This document shows positions 1-11,327 of a DNA stretch of 64,000 nt, piece after piece; positions within the stretch are counted from its first letter, which is position 1; every line of letters starts with the position of its first letter. The position numbers were made by a program, and so were the translations under genes. Origin of the DNA: Selaginella moellendorffii (Eukaryota > Plantae > Lycopodiophyta); the NCBI RefSeq assembly GCF_000143415.4, contig NW_003314266.1, positions 1,262,463 through 1,326,462 of the forward strand. Reading direction: 5' to 3'. The notes under the pieces were generated by a model. The model had not been told where the DNA came from and searched no databases. It saw only the letters and a program-made list of their open reading frames with translations.

Positions 1-102
1 ATTTTATAATAAGTTATAAACTATAACTTATAACTATAACGTAGTATTACTGTTTTATTTTACAAATATTTCATCAATCAACTATACCAAAAAAATATTT
101 AT

Positions 103-277
103 TGTGAGGGCCAAGTGTACGGCTACGATGCCGTATACTAATATTAGCGTAGTGGGATTTTGGTAGCCGTCGGATTGGTTTCAATCCGGACCACTCGCTC
201 CTGTATATAAACTAGAGTTTTTGGGTTAATTAATATGCACATTTCTATATTCCCTTTCCATATTCCATGCACTCACA
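103..277 (+). repeat. 5' LTR of gypsy copy 1
   Basis: TG...CA ends with a 6-bp terminal inverted repeat, TATATAA near 204, and an internal hairpin CGGATTG-GTTT-CAATCCG. Confidence 0.97.
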
Positions 278-278
278 T

Positions 279-294
279 TGGTGGAGGTGAGAGG
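279..294 (+). promoter_or_regulatory. Primer-binding site, tRNA-Ala-like
   Basis: TGGTGGAGGTGAGAGG starts 1 nt after the LTR and is complementary to a tRNA 3' end ...ACCUCCACCA. Confidence 0.7.
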
Positions 295-488
295 CACCTT
301 TGATTATCCCTGGGGAGTGCTTGGATTTGGGATTTCAGTTTAGATCTAGTTTTTCCCATTTCCTTTCTTTTGTTCTTTCCTTTCAGGATTTTGGTTTAAA
401 TCTAACTTTTTGCATTGTCTAGATCTACCATTTCTTTCCAGCCTTTTGTCATTTCTCTTCTTTTGCTCTTTCTTTTTCATTCATCTTC

Positions 489-1421
489 ATGGCCGATCCG
501 CAATCTCCTCCTTTGACTCTAGAGCAGCAGTTGGTTCAATTGCTTGATGTTATGCGCTTGCAATTGAACAACCAAACTCAGTTGATGGCGGCGTTCATGG
601 CACATGGTACAACTCCTCCTGCTTTTGGTGCCAATCCTCGCGTTCGGCCGGAGTTCTTTCGTGGGAATCCTGGGGATGATGTGTACCATTGGTTTGATCA
701 CTTCACGGTGATTGCCACATATCATTCTTGGGATGATGCTCGACGTTTGCGTGAGTTCCCCATATGTCTCCAAGGGACGGCTTTGCAGTGGTACAATGGA
801 TTGAGCGCAGCCACTCGTGGCGATTGGAGTGTTCTTCCGGATGTCTTCAAACGCACCTTCGGCCACGTCGATGATTGTGATGATGCCTTCCAACAATTGC
901 ATTGTCTTCGCCAAGGGCCATCTGAGTCGGTGATGCAATTTAGCATTCGTTTCCGAAGACTTTTGCTTCGTGCGGAGCCAAATATGTCGGAGCGGATCAA
1001 GCTAGGAATGTTGTGGCTAACACTTCGTCAAGATCTTGTCGGACTTGTGCATGCACTTGCTCCTGCCACTCTTGACGATGCTCTTCGCTTGGCACAATGT
1101 TATGAGACGTCGCCTCTTCCACTTCTTGCTACACGTCCTTCAGCTCCACTTCCTATGAGTGATGGTCCTGTTCCCATGGAAGTTGATGCTGCTGCTACTC
1201 GAGTCCAAGGACAAGGGCAAGGACGTGGTCGTGGCCGTGATATTCGTTGCTGGGCGTGTGATGAAGTTGGTCATACTTATCGGCGTTATCGGCGCTTTCC
1301 GGATTGGCGACCTCCATTTCTTGGGTGGAGACCTTGGCGTTAGCAACGTCCCATTGGTGCTGCTGCGGTGGAAGGTTTGGATACCGAGGTGCATTCGGGA
1401 AACGAGGAGTTGCGCGAGTAA
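489..1421 (+). pseudogene. Retrotransposon gag with premature stop at 1341-1343
   Basis: Retrotrans_gag-like core, PVPMEVD motif, degenerate zinc knuckle CWACDEVGHTYRRY. The TAG at 1341 is CAG in copy 2, so the ancestral stop is TAA at 1419-1421. Confidence 0.9.
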
Positions 1422-3601
1422 TGGAGGGACCTTGCACGAATAAATTAGTGACCCCTCCATCTTTCTTTCGGGAGTATCATCAAGGGGTTCACTCAGCACC
1501 GGTTCATCCAGTGTTTACTTTCCAAGCTCGTTTTTATAACAAGAGGTCTCCTATTCTTCTCTCCGTGTTGGTTGATACAGGTTTGAGTTTATCTTCTATT
1601 GCTCGACTTGTTGCCACACGTTGTCATCTACACTTGCGTCATGCGGCGGATCCAGTTTTCATTCTTTATGGCAACGGCCGTACACATGCATGTGCACGAG
1701 ATGAGGCGGACCTGGTTGTGCGTGTGGGCGATCTCGAGCTTGAGTTGCAGTCGTTGCGGGTGGTGCCGAGTCAAGCTTTTGACCTCATTCTTGGTATGGA
1801 TTGGTTGCAGCGCAATCATGCCAAGTGTGACTTTGAGGCTTCTCCCCCTTGTCTTATACTTCTTTATGTTTCATCCATTCCTCTCACCTCTTCGTCCCTT
1901 TACTTCTACCTTTGCTTCCATTACTTTTGTTCCCCCACTGTTTCCTCTTGTGTTTCCATCTTGTTCTACTCTTCCCTTTTCTGATCCCTCTGATGATCTT
2001 TGTGTTGCAGCTGTTGACCAGCTCATGAAGGAGTATTCTGATCTCTTTGAATTTGACCTATCGTCTGGGGCCAAGACTGCCACACGTCATCCCATTCCAA
2101 CCGGGGATGCTCGTCCAATCAAGGTTCCTGTTCGTCGTCGGTCACCCAAGGAGATCAAGATTTTACGTGCAAACGTCAAGGAGATGTTGGAGAAGGGTGT
2201 TATTTGGAAGTCGTGGAGTCCTTGGGCATGTGAACCTCATCTTGTGACGAAGCCTGATGGGAGTATTCGTTTCTGCATTGACTATCGTCCGTTAAATGAA
2301 GTGATGATCCCGAACGTGTACCCTCTTCCTCACACTGCTGATCTCTTGGATCGTTTGGGGCGAAGTCGTTGGTTCACCAAGCTAGATCTTGCTTCTGGGT
2401 ATTGGCAAGTACCGATGGCCGAAGACGATATTCCTAAGACTGCTTTTCGTACACCATTTGGTTTGTACGAGTTTTTGGTGATGCCGTTTGGTTTAAACAA
2501 TGCTCCAGCAACTTTTCAACGGATGATGGACGAGGTTCTTTGCGATATGCCGGAGGTGACGTCTGACTTCATTGATGATGTTTTGATCCACTCGGAGGGG
2601 ACATGGGAGGAGCACGTTCGTGATGTTTGTAAAGTGTTGGATCGGCTACGCGACGTTAGTTTAAAGCTGAAGCGGTCAAAGTGCGTGTTTGGGTCCAAGG
2701 ACACAACTTATCTTGGGTACCGTATTTTTCGTGAGGGTTTGCAAGTTGATCCTGACAAACTTGTGGCTGTTCTAAAGTTCCCTAGTCCGAAGTGTGTGAA
2801 TGATGTGCAGCGCTTTTTGGGTAAGGTGCAGTATCTTGGTCGTTTTGTGGATCATCTTTCCGATCGCACTACACCATTGCGAGCGTTGCTGAAGTCATCA
2901 ACGTCATCTTTCATCTGGTCCAGAGCGGATTCTTTCGGATAATGGTCCCGCATTTATGGCTGAGGTATTTCATGTTTTGACATCTCAGTTGGGGATACGC
3001 CACACTTTTACGAGTGTTTATCATCCACAATCAGACGGTTTGGTGGAACGGCTCGTTTGGACATTCAAAGGGATGATTGCGAAGTATGTGAGCTTTCAGC
3101 ATTCGGATTGGGATAGTTATTTGCCGTCTCTTTGGTATGCCTATGTCACAGGGGTGCAGTTCTGTTGGTGCTTCACCATATAAACTTCTATATGGTCATG
3201 ATCCAATATTACCAACAGAGCTGGGTTTACCTTTGCGATTGCCACGAGCTCCTGATACTAGGTCATGGGATCAATATTTGACAAGCATTCTTCCACTTGT
3301 CCGAGCAGAGTTTGCTGAACACTTAGGCCGCGTACAAGTGGGACAACAACGGCGCTACAATTCCCATCATCGTCCACCTGCGGAGTACAAAGTGGATGAT
3401 TTGGTGTTAGTTCGTTTTCCCCATCTTGCGGTACGTGGTTTATCTAAGGGGCTCCTTGCGCAGTGGAAAGGACCGTATCGGGTGTTACGGCAAGTTGGAC
3501 CACAAGTTTATGAGGTTCGGCATGACGTTCAGCAGGCCGATCCTCTGGAGATTGTGCATGTGCAGCGGTTAAAACGCTTCATACAAAGGGATCAAGAGTA
3601 G
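1397..3601 (+). pseudogene. Retrotransposon pol (protease, RT, C-terminal integrase), frameshifted, with RNase H deleted
   Basis: Protease VLVDTG; RT motifs RFCIDYR, KLDLASGYWQ, MPFGLNNAPATFQR, FIDD; integrase YHPQSDGLVER and WKGPY. Confidence 0.93.
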
Positions 3602-3711
3602 GTAATACCGTCTACAGATCCACCAATGCCTCCTCCTGACGTTCCTCCAGATCCCGGCCCATCTACAAGAGAACCCTGACGGCCTTCCATTATTCCGAGA
3701 GGAGGGGATGA

Positions 3712-3886
3712 TGTGAGGGCCAAGTGTATGGCTACGATGCCGTATACTAATATTAGCGTAGTGGGATTTTGGTAGCCGTCGGATTGGTTTCAATCCGGAC
3801 CACTCGCTCCTGTATATAAGCTAGGGTTTTTGGGCTAATTAATATGCACATTTCTATATTCCCTTTTCATATTCCATGCACTCACA
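3712..3886 (+). repeat. 3' LTR of gypsy copy 1
   Basis: Direct repeat of 103-277, preceded by the PPT GAGAGGAGGGGATGA. Confidence 0.97.
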
Positions 3887-4922
3887 CTGTTAAATAAAAA
3901 TGTATTCTTTGATGTTTAACTTGTAAATTAATAGTGAAAACACTAAAACTTTATAGATATATAGATTGGTATAATTGTGTTTATAATATATATATATATA
4001 TATAAATAAATCAAAATAAAAAGACTCTTTATATATTAAAATTTTAATGATTAGCTTTTAATTTTTAGGAACTACATCTCAGATTTAGTTTCAAAATATT
4101 TAACATTTTAAATAATTCTAAATTCAAGACAAGAATTGTTTTAAGAACCATCTTGGTAGTAATAATAAAAATATAAGCTTCATATATATAAATAAAGAGC
4201 TTGGCCAAAAAGTCAATGAAGGTAAAAAAAAACACACGTTTAAATAAGATAATTAAATGGATTATAATACTTAGTTTTTGTAAAAAGAGTTTAGTAGTAC
4301 CAACTCATATTATTATTTATTTAAATAGCATTAATTTGTGAGTCATGTTTTCACAATTATTTGTATTTTTTAAAATAACAATGAGGTAATGAGCTGCAAG
4401 GATGGAGTCTCATAAGATGGCATAGATCCCATCTTGGTGTCCAATTGTTGAGGATGTAATAAATAAATCATGAAGAATTAAAGGCATAGCTTGATAAAAT
4501 CTCAAATAATTTTTACTTAATGCAAAGTTAGGATTCATTTAGCTGTGTTTAGTTGTGTCAATGCAATGCTGGTCTGTTGCAGGGCATTTCTAATTGTAAC
4601 ATTGAGAGGCATGGATGGTATTTTAATGCTTGATAGAAATTGATTTTTATCTGGATTTTACTTCTTTTTTTTTTTTTTAAGTATATGTGGTATCAAATAA
4701 ATCGTCGATGTGCAGCCATAGAGCTCAAGCAGAACCAACCAGACATAGCACTTCCTTCAATCATTATATTCGTTTACATTGGGAAGAATGCGAATGTTTT
4801 TACTTAAGACCTTGTGCTCCGACTGAAGAATCAACAAGGACGATCTGGTAAAAGAAAAAAACAAGCCTGTAACTCATATCCTTTCAAAGAAACTCCATCA
4901 ACCTTTGGGGACGTGATCGGCT

Positions 4923-5365
4923 CTAATTGCGATCCTCCTCGAGCTTCAAGGTCTCGTCGGTCGCGTAAACCATGCAAGCCTGGGACAACACAGCCTGGAG
5001 TGAAAATTTTGCGAAAGACAGTTAAGAAGCAAACCTTGACATAGTTTGCATTTGGAAGGCTTGTACTGATCTCTTCGACATCGAGATCTTCGAACGGGTT
5101 CTTGACGAGCTGGCTTCCAAACACCGTCTCGTCACAATCGACCCATTCGTCCTCGACGTCCGAGATCACATCCGGATCCACTGCCACAGAGAATTTGAAT
5201 GGATCGAAGCTTTGAAATATTTCGAGATCGACCCTACCATTCTCTTCGCAGGTTTCCTCCAGATCTCTCCTCAGTGCGTCCTTGAGACCTTGATCCAGCG
5301 GGCAATCGAGCCTGTGAAAAGAAAAAAAGAAGCACTGATCGAGCGGCTTCTTACCATTTCCGCAT
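4923..5365 (-). CDS. Hypothetical small acidic protein (about 120 aa, 3 exons); start uncertain
   Basis: GT-AG introns 5354-5312 (43 nt) and 5034-4995 (40 nt) join MRKW|LDCPLDQ...NYVK|AVLSQAC...DRN*. No family recognised. Confidence 0.35.
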
Positions 5366-5611
5366 CCAGGACTTGGAATTCTTGCGGCGATCTTCATCAC
5401 CTTGGTCGGAGTCGGAATCTTCGCGGCGATCGATCGAAGAGCTCGCCGGCCTAGCTTCGCTGCTCTCCCGCTCCAGCCATATTCCAAAATATTTAGGGCA
5501 GAGACGTAATCTCTCCCGCCCATTTGTAAGGACTTTCAATCGAAGCCGTCCATTTGATTTTCACTTAAGAAGCATCTTGATAGATTCTCTTTTATTTTAA
5601 ATTGCGTGGCT

Positions 5612-6864
5612 ATGGCCGCTGGATGGAACAAGCTAGACGGTGCCAAGGCGCTCGTCGATAGCGGCATAGACAGGGTCCCAGATTTCTATGTCAAGCCCCT
5701 CGATCAGAGGCTCTCTCCTCAAGATCTGGCGCTCCACGCCGACGAAATCCCGGTGATCGATGTCTCCCCGCTGCTGGATTCCAAGCCTACTTCATCCGAT
5801 CGCAGCAAGGAGGACGTAATCGCCGAGCTGCTGGATGCGAGCGAGAGATGGGGCTTCTTCCAGGTAAGAAACTGTGCCGCGTATGGAATCGTCTCAAGGA
5901 ACTGGATCTAGGTTATCAATCACGGCATCGGCAGTGATCTCACGCGGCGGATGCTCGCCGTGGCTCACGAATTCTTCCAGCTGCCGCTCGCGGAGAAGAT
6001 GGTCTCCTATAGTACGGACATAGACGCCGCCGTGAGGTACGGCACGAGCGTCAATCCGCTCAAGGAGGTGTTTCTAGACTGGCAAGACAATCTTTTGCAT
6101 CGATTTCTACCGGAGCGCCAGGATCAGCCACATCCATGGCCGACCAAACCAAGCTCTTACGAGTAAGTCTAAGTGCTAGACTTGGTTCATCCAATTCTCT
6201 TGCCTGGTTTTCTCTAAGTTTTCATGGATCGTCCAGGTTGATTGCTGGGGAATTTGTGGATCAAGCCAAGTTTCTGGCCCGCCATCTCCTGCGAGCATTG
6301 TCTGAGGGTCTCGGCTTAGGCCCGGACTATTTGGAGGGGGAGTTTGGTGAGCACAACGTGGCGCTGCGGCTTAATTATTATCCTCCTTGCCCGAGTCCTG
6401 AGCTTGCAATTGGACTGCGTAGTCACTCCGATGTTGGTGGTCTCACGATTCTCTTGCAGGACAGTGATATCGTCGGACTCCAAGTGAAGGTCCAGGAGAA
6501 GTGGAAGACGGTCAGGTCGGTTCCTGGTGCTCTTGTTATCAACATTGGCGACCAGCTTCAGGCAAGCTAGCAAATAACTTGTAGAATGGTTGATATGTGT
6601 GCTTTTCGTCTTTTGGGACAGATTTATAGCAATGGGAAGCTCAAGAGCGTCGAGCACAGAGCGATCGTAAATGCCGATAAAGCTCGGGTATCAGTCGGGC
6701 TCTTCTACGATCCAGCTTCCGACGTTAGAGTATCTCCGATTCCCAAGTTTGTAGACACGGAGCATCCAGCAGCCTACAACCCTTGCGTGTTTAGAGACTA
6801 CCTAAAGAACCTCTACTCCAAGAACTTGGTGGGCAAGGAATTGCTGGAATCCCAAAGGAAATAG
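5612..6864 (+). CDS. 2-oxoglutarate/Fe(II)-dependent dioxygenase (DOXC class)
   Basis: Exons 5612-5863, 5912-6162, 6237-6561, 6622-6864. Motifs WGFFQVINHG, NYYPPCP, HSD...H iron triad, and RVS 2OG-binding. Confidence 0.95.
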
Positions 6865-7394
6865 CCTTGGAAGTGGATGTTTTCAGGAGTGAGAGTTTGC
6901 CAGGTCAAGGTGATTCTCAGCCTGAAAAGATGTTTTAAGGTGGCTACTAGTGACCGAACTCCAATCCATGTAATTGTCATTCTGTTCCTCATGCTTCATG
7001 ATCTGCTGGAATGTCAACAATGTGCTAATGAGCATCAAAGACTCTTTCAAGTTCATTTAAGGTTATTTGATACTGATAAAAGTAAAGGATGTTAGAAAGC
7101 TTCTCTTTCCATTTAAAATTCATGAAAAAAAAAATGTAGTTCAAAGTTGAAATTAAATCTAAGAAATCCATAATATTTCAGTTATGTTTTAATATTGATT
7201 ACAATGTTTTGATATATTTGGCAATAGGCAAACTTGACCTTCATATGGTATTCAGGTCCTTGGAGAATCCAGGTCTAGAACACTGAAGTGTTATCAAATG
7301 AATTTTGGTGTACTTTAAAAGGTATGTCCTAAATTTTTTCTGTAAAAACAAGCTGTAATGAGTATTCACAAAGCATTTTTATATAATTTTTTTT

Positions 7395-7682
7395 CTTAAG
7401 CAAACCCAGTACTGGATATATCTAGAATATGCTTGAATATTTTGTATATACTCTTAAACTATAAAGTGGATATTCTACTATCTAAGACAGTTCTTATTCA
7501 TTTATATTAATCTTGTATTTATAATTTATAAAATTTCCTAAACACTTTCTAGTATATTCTAGTTTATTCTACCATCTATCTATAAAATATAAATATGTTT
7601 CTAATCATAAATTTCTAATTTATCAATTGGTTTAAATAATAAACAGTACTTTTAAGCAAACCAAGTGTTACTGCATTCAATG
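7395..7682 (+). repeat. AT-rich dispersed repeat (~290 bp), copy a
   Basis: Similar to ~8190-8480 and to the reverse complement of ~32550-32882 and ~42645-42880. Confidence 0.7.
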
Positions 7683-8189
7683 ACAAATTTTTGAAAATAA
7701 AATATATCTTATATTATCTTCTTGAAGCCCTTTTTACTTTTTTGAAATTTATGATTCTCATTTTACCACTAATTGTTTTATATCAATATTTGTATATTAA
7801 ATATAATTATTATCATTGTTCATGTATTAATTATAAAAAATATATACTTTATTTTACTTATACATGAAAAAGAAATCTATATATTTTCTAATATTTATAG
7901 TTACTAAAGAGTACACCTAATAATAGTTTTTCTAAATATATTGAGTAACTAAATTTTTAATTTTTAATTATATATATGTAAATAACTCCCTGCCCTTTAT
8001 TTTGAGATTTTAAAAATTACAACATAACTCTAAGCATATTCTGAGATTATCCATAAACTTAATCTATTTTTGGTTTCTATAAATTTTAATATTTTTAAAA
8101 ATTATTAAATTTTGTTTTTCTTACACTAATAAAAAGATGTTAGTTTAGTTAAAATTAACACAAAAATAATTACTCATTTTCAATTTTTT

Positions 8190-8480
8190 GTTTGCTTAAG
8201 CAAACCTGTAAAGGATATATCTAGAATAGGCTTGGATATTATAGGATATTCTACCTATTATTCATTTATATTAATCTTGTATTTTATATGTTTAAAATTT
8301 CTAAACTTTCCTAAACACTTCCCAGTATATTCTTGTTTATTCTACCATCTATCTAACAGTTGATATATAATAGATTAATCTTGATATATAATTTATAAAC
8401 ATGTTTTATTGGATTATTTCAATATTACTAAACAAGAACGACACTACTATTAAACAAACCAAACATTGTTGCATGCAATG
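8190..8480 (+). repeat. AT-rich dispersed repeat, copy b
   Basis: Begins with the palindrome GTTTGCTTAAGCAAAC and aligns with copy a. Confidence 0.7.
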
Positions 8481-9144
8481 AGCAGTAAATTATTTCTAAT
8501 TTCAGCATATTTTGAATACTTTTTTCCCCTAAGCTCCCATGCATTTTTTAAGCTCCATTTTTTTTTTCATGGCTGCACTAATTACTTTTTGTGTTATTGT
8601 TATTTGCAAGAGTGAGTCTCAAATTGGACCTAGGCAAGAATGCAATAACAGGCAAGAACTTTGAATGTGGTTGCTCTCTTCATCTATAGTGATGAGCATG
8701 TTTTTCTGCAACAACTACATCGTGAAATACAAAAGTAGCTCTTTGAAACTTCTATAGTGATACGCAACAAGAGAGCAAGCATTGACTCAGGGTTTAAACC
8801 CTTGGTCAATGCTTGCTCTCTCTCGCCATGTACCAGTATAGAAGTTTATCCGCAAGACCAAAATGTCTAGAAAAGGGTTATTTTAATAAACATCTTAAGA
8901 GAGAGATTAGAGAAAAAGTACCGATCAGATCAGATGTTGCAGGAAGCTACTTCAGGTGTAATGGAAGCATGGGGAGAGCTTTTAGTAGAGCACAGAGATG
9001 ACCTCGTCACCTTTTTGATAACGAACCCTTTCTTTATAAAAATATGCATTCCATGCTTTTCCATACCTTTATATCTACCAAGAAGTTGCTTTCAGTAAGA
9101 GCTTTGAACAATTTTGTATGTGTCAAAAGGCGGGAGTCAATATT

Positions 9145-9171
9145 GAGAGAGAGAGAGAGAGAGAGAGAGAG
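9145..9171. repeat. (GA)n microsatellite
   Basis: Perfect GA run upstream of the first PME gene. Confidence 0.95.
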
Positions 9172-9508
9172 GCATTCCTTCCGGACTCGGGGAAGGTGTC
9201 CATCTCGAGGGATGTCATATGACTTTTTTGGTTGGGGGGTCCAACTTTTTGCAAAAGAAACGAGCAATGCTCTGCCCAAATCCTCGCTCCGCCTGCTGCT
9301 CTCTCGTGAAATCCATGCAACAAAAGCAAAAGAGATTCTGTCCAAACATGGTGGTTGATGCCTCGCCGCAGGAGAACTTCAATTCCAGCAGCAAACAAGA
9401 AAAAATTTACAGCCACTTTTCTTTCTTTTCCCAGTTTTCCTTGTTTGATTTCGTTCTCCTCCCTTAGAGCATAGCAATCCAGCTCCTTTTCTCTCCTCTA
9501 GCATAGCA

Positions 9509-10924
9509 ATGCTCGTGTTCCTGGCGATGGCTCTTCTCCTGGTCGCGAGCGTCGATTCGTGGAGGAACGCCTCCATTCCTTCGCAGTGGCAGGGGATGAC
9601 GCGGAGGAGCAAGATCCACCCGGCGGAGCAGCAGGGCGGCGACGATTTCATCCCGAGAGCAATCGGCGGCGATGGGCTGCTCAAGTTCTTGGTGGTCGAC
9701 CAAAGCTCCCTCCTATCGTCGCAGACGGCGGGAGTTTTCAGGTCCATCCAAGCAGCAATCGATGCCGTCCCGGTTGGGAACCAGCATTGGGTGATCATCC
9801 AAGTTGGAGCTGGAGTTTACCAGTAAGTATCATAGGAGCTTGTCCAAGAAAAACAGAGAAAAAAAAAATCTTTGTTTTATAGGGAGAAGATCACGATTCC
9901 ATACATGAAGCCTTACATTCTTCTCCAAGGTGCCGGGAGAGATTTCACCACCATCTCCTGGAGCGACTCGGCCAGCACTTTCGGGACTGCCAACAGCGCT
10001 ACTTTCAGCGCCTTTGCTCCGAATTTCATCGCCAAGTACATCAGCTTCAGGGTAAGCTTTTCCTCGCTTTTCTCAATCTCGCTTTCTTCGATCGATCGAA
10101 AGGAGAGCCTCATGTTTCTTCCATAGAATTCATTCTCCTCTTTTGGAAAAGAGGCCTGACTGTTCGCTCGCAGAACAATGCACCACGGCCGCCACCGGGA
10201 GCTTTCAATCGCCAAGCGGTGGCTGTTTTGGTCGCCGGCGACATGGCTGCCTTCTACTCGTGTGGCTTCTATGGCGCCCAGGACACGCTCTTCGATTACG
10301 AGGGACGTCACTACTTCCGGGACTGCTACATCGAAGGCTCCATTGACTTTATCTTCGGCCATGCGAAGTCCGTCTTCAAGGTAGAATAGAACAATTCTTG
10401 CGAGAAACTGGAGAACTGTTAGTCGCCTTTCTCTCTTTTTCTTTGTCTACCTGATCTTTTTCTTTTCTCATGTACAGGCCTGTGAGCTCCACGCCATCGC
10501 CGACAGCTTTGGCTCAGTCACCGCTCAGAACAGGGGAGACCCTCGCGAGAACTCTGGCTTCATATTTATTGCCTGCACAGTGACAGGAAGTGGCACCATT
10601 TTCTTAGGACGAGCTTGGGGAGCTTACTCTCGAGTCGTCTATCTCTTCACCTACATGGACAGCAACGTTGTCTCCGAGGGGTGGAATGATTGGGGCGTCG
10701 CGAGCAGGCAGCAGTAAGTTCTCGCGAGATTTTCTATCTTTTTCTCACTCTTGTCACCTACATCAACGAACAGGACAGTTTATTATGGTCAGTACAAGTG
10801 TTTCGGACCGGGAGCTAACGAACTAGGCCGTGTTCGGTGGTCTCACGAGCTCACGGACGAGGAAGCCAGGCCTTTCCTGCAAGTAAACTTCATTGACGGC
10901 GTACAATGGTTACGTGAACTATAG
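9509..10924 (+). CDS. PME: Pectin methylesterase 1 (type II, no PMEI pro-domain)
   Basis: Exons 9509-9822, 9883-10051, 10174-10380, 10478-10713, 10774-10924. Signal peptide, GVYQEK, QAVAV, QDTL, IDFIFG, LGRAW. Confidence 0.96.
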
Positions 10925-11327
10925 CAAACAACGAGGAAGAAAACCTGGCTCGTCTGTACAAAATTTGATTCCCAATTCTTTTGTGCGACACCTTCAGAAA
11001 AGGAAAAGGAAGAAACTGTCAAGAACAATAAAAATCTCTGCCAGATCCGTAAATACTTGGGAAGGAAACCAAATTTCGCGGTTTACCGGTGATTTGTTGG
11101 TGCTAACTTTGTAACTCGAGAATCACGAAATAAAATCCCCGCATTCGTGTAAAACGCTTGGACGCGAGGTCGCTTATACCAAAGCCCATTGCAGTGCATC
11201 GGGGAGAAAACGGCTGTGAGAAGGACAAAGCCCAAAAGCAAAAGAACAAAATGCCAATGGAGCAAAGCAAAGCTATCAAAGGTTTAAAGCGCCTTCATGT
11301 GTTCTTGTTCTTCGATCCAGATCCCCG

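Larger units (their letters stand above)
103..3886 (+). mobile_element. Ty3/gypsy LTR retrotransposon, copy 1 (internally deleted, non-autonomous, no chromodomain)
   Basis: Two 175-bp LTRs (103-277, 3712-3886), TGTGAG...CTCACA, with 5 differences, all transitions. PBS at 279-294, PPT at 3697-3711. Order is gag-PR(DTG)-RT(FIDD)-INT C-terminus. Confidence 0.97.

Noticed and set aside
1341-1349. Programmed stop-codon readthrough at gag TAG CAA
   Set aside because: Copy 2 has CAG at this position, so it is a C>T mutation; the context is also not CAR-YYA.
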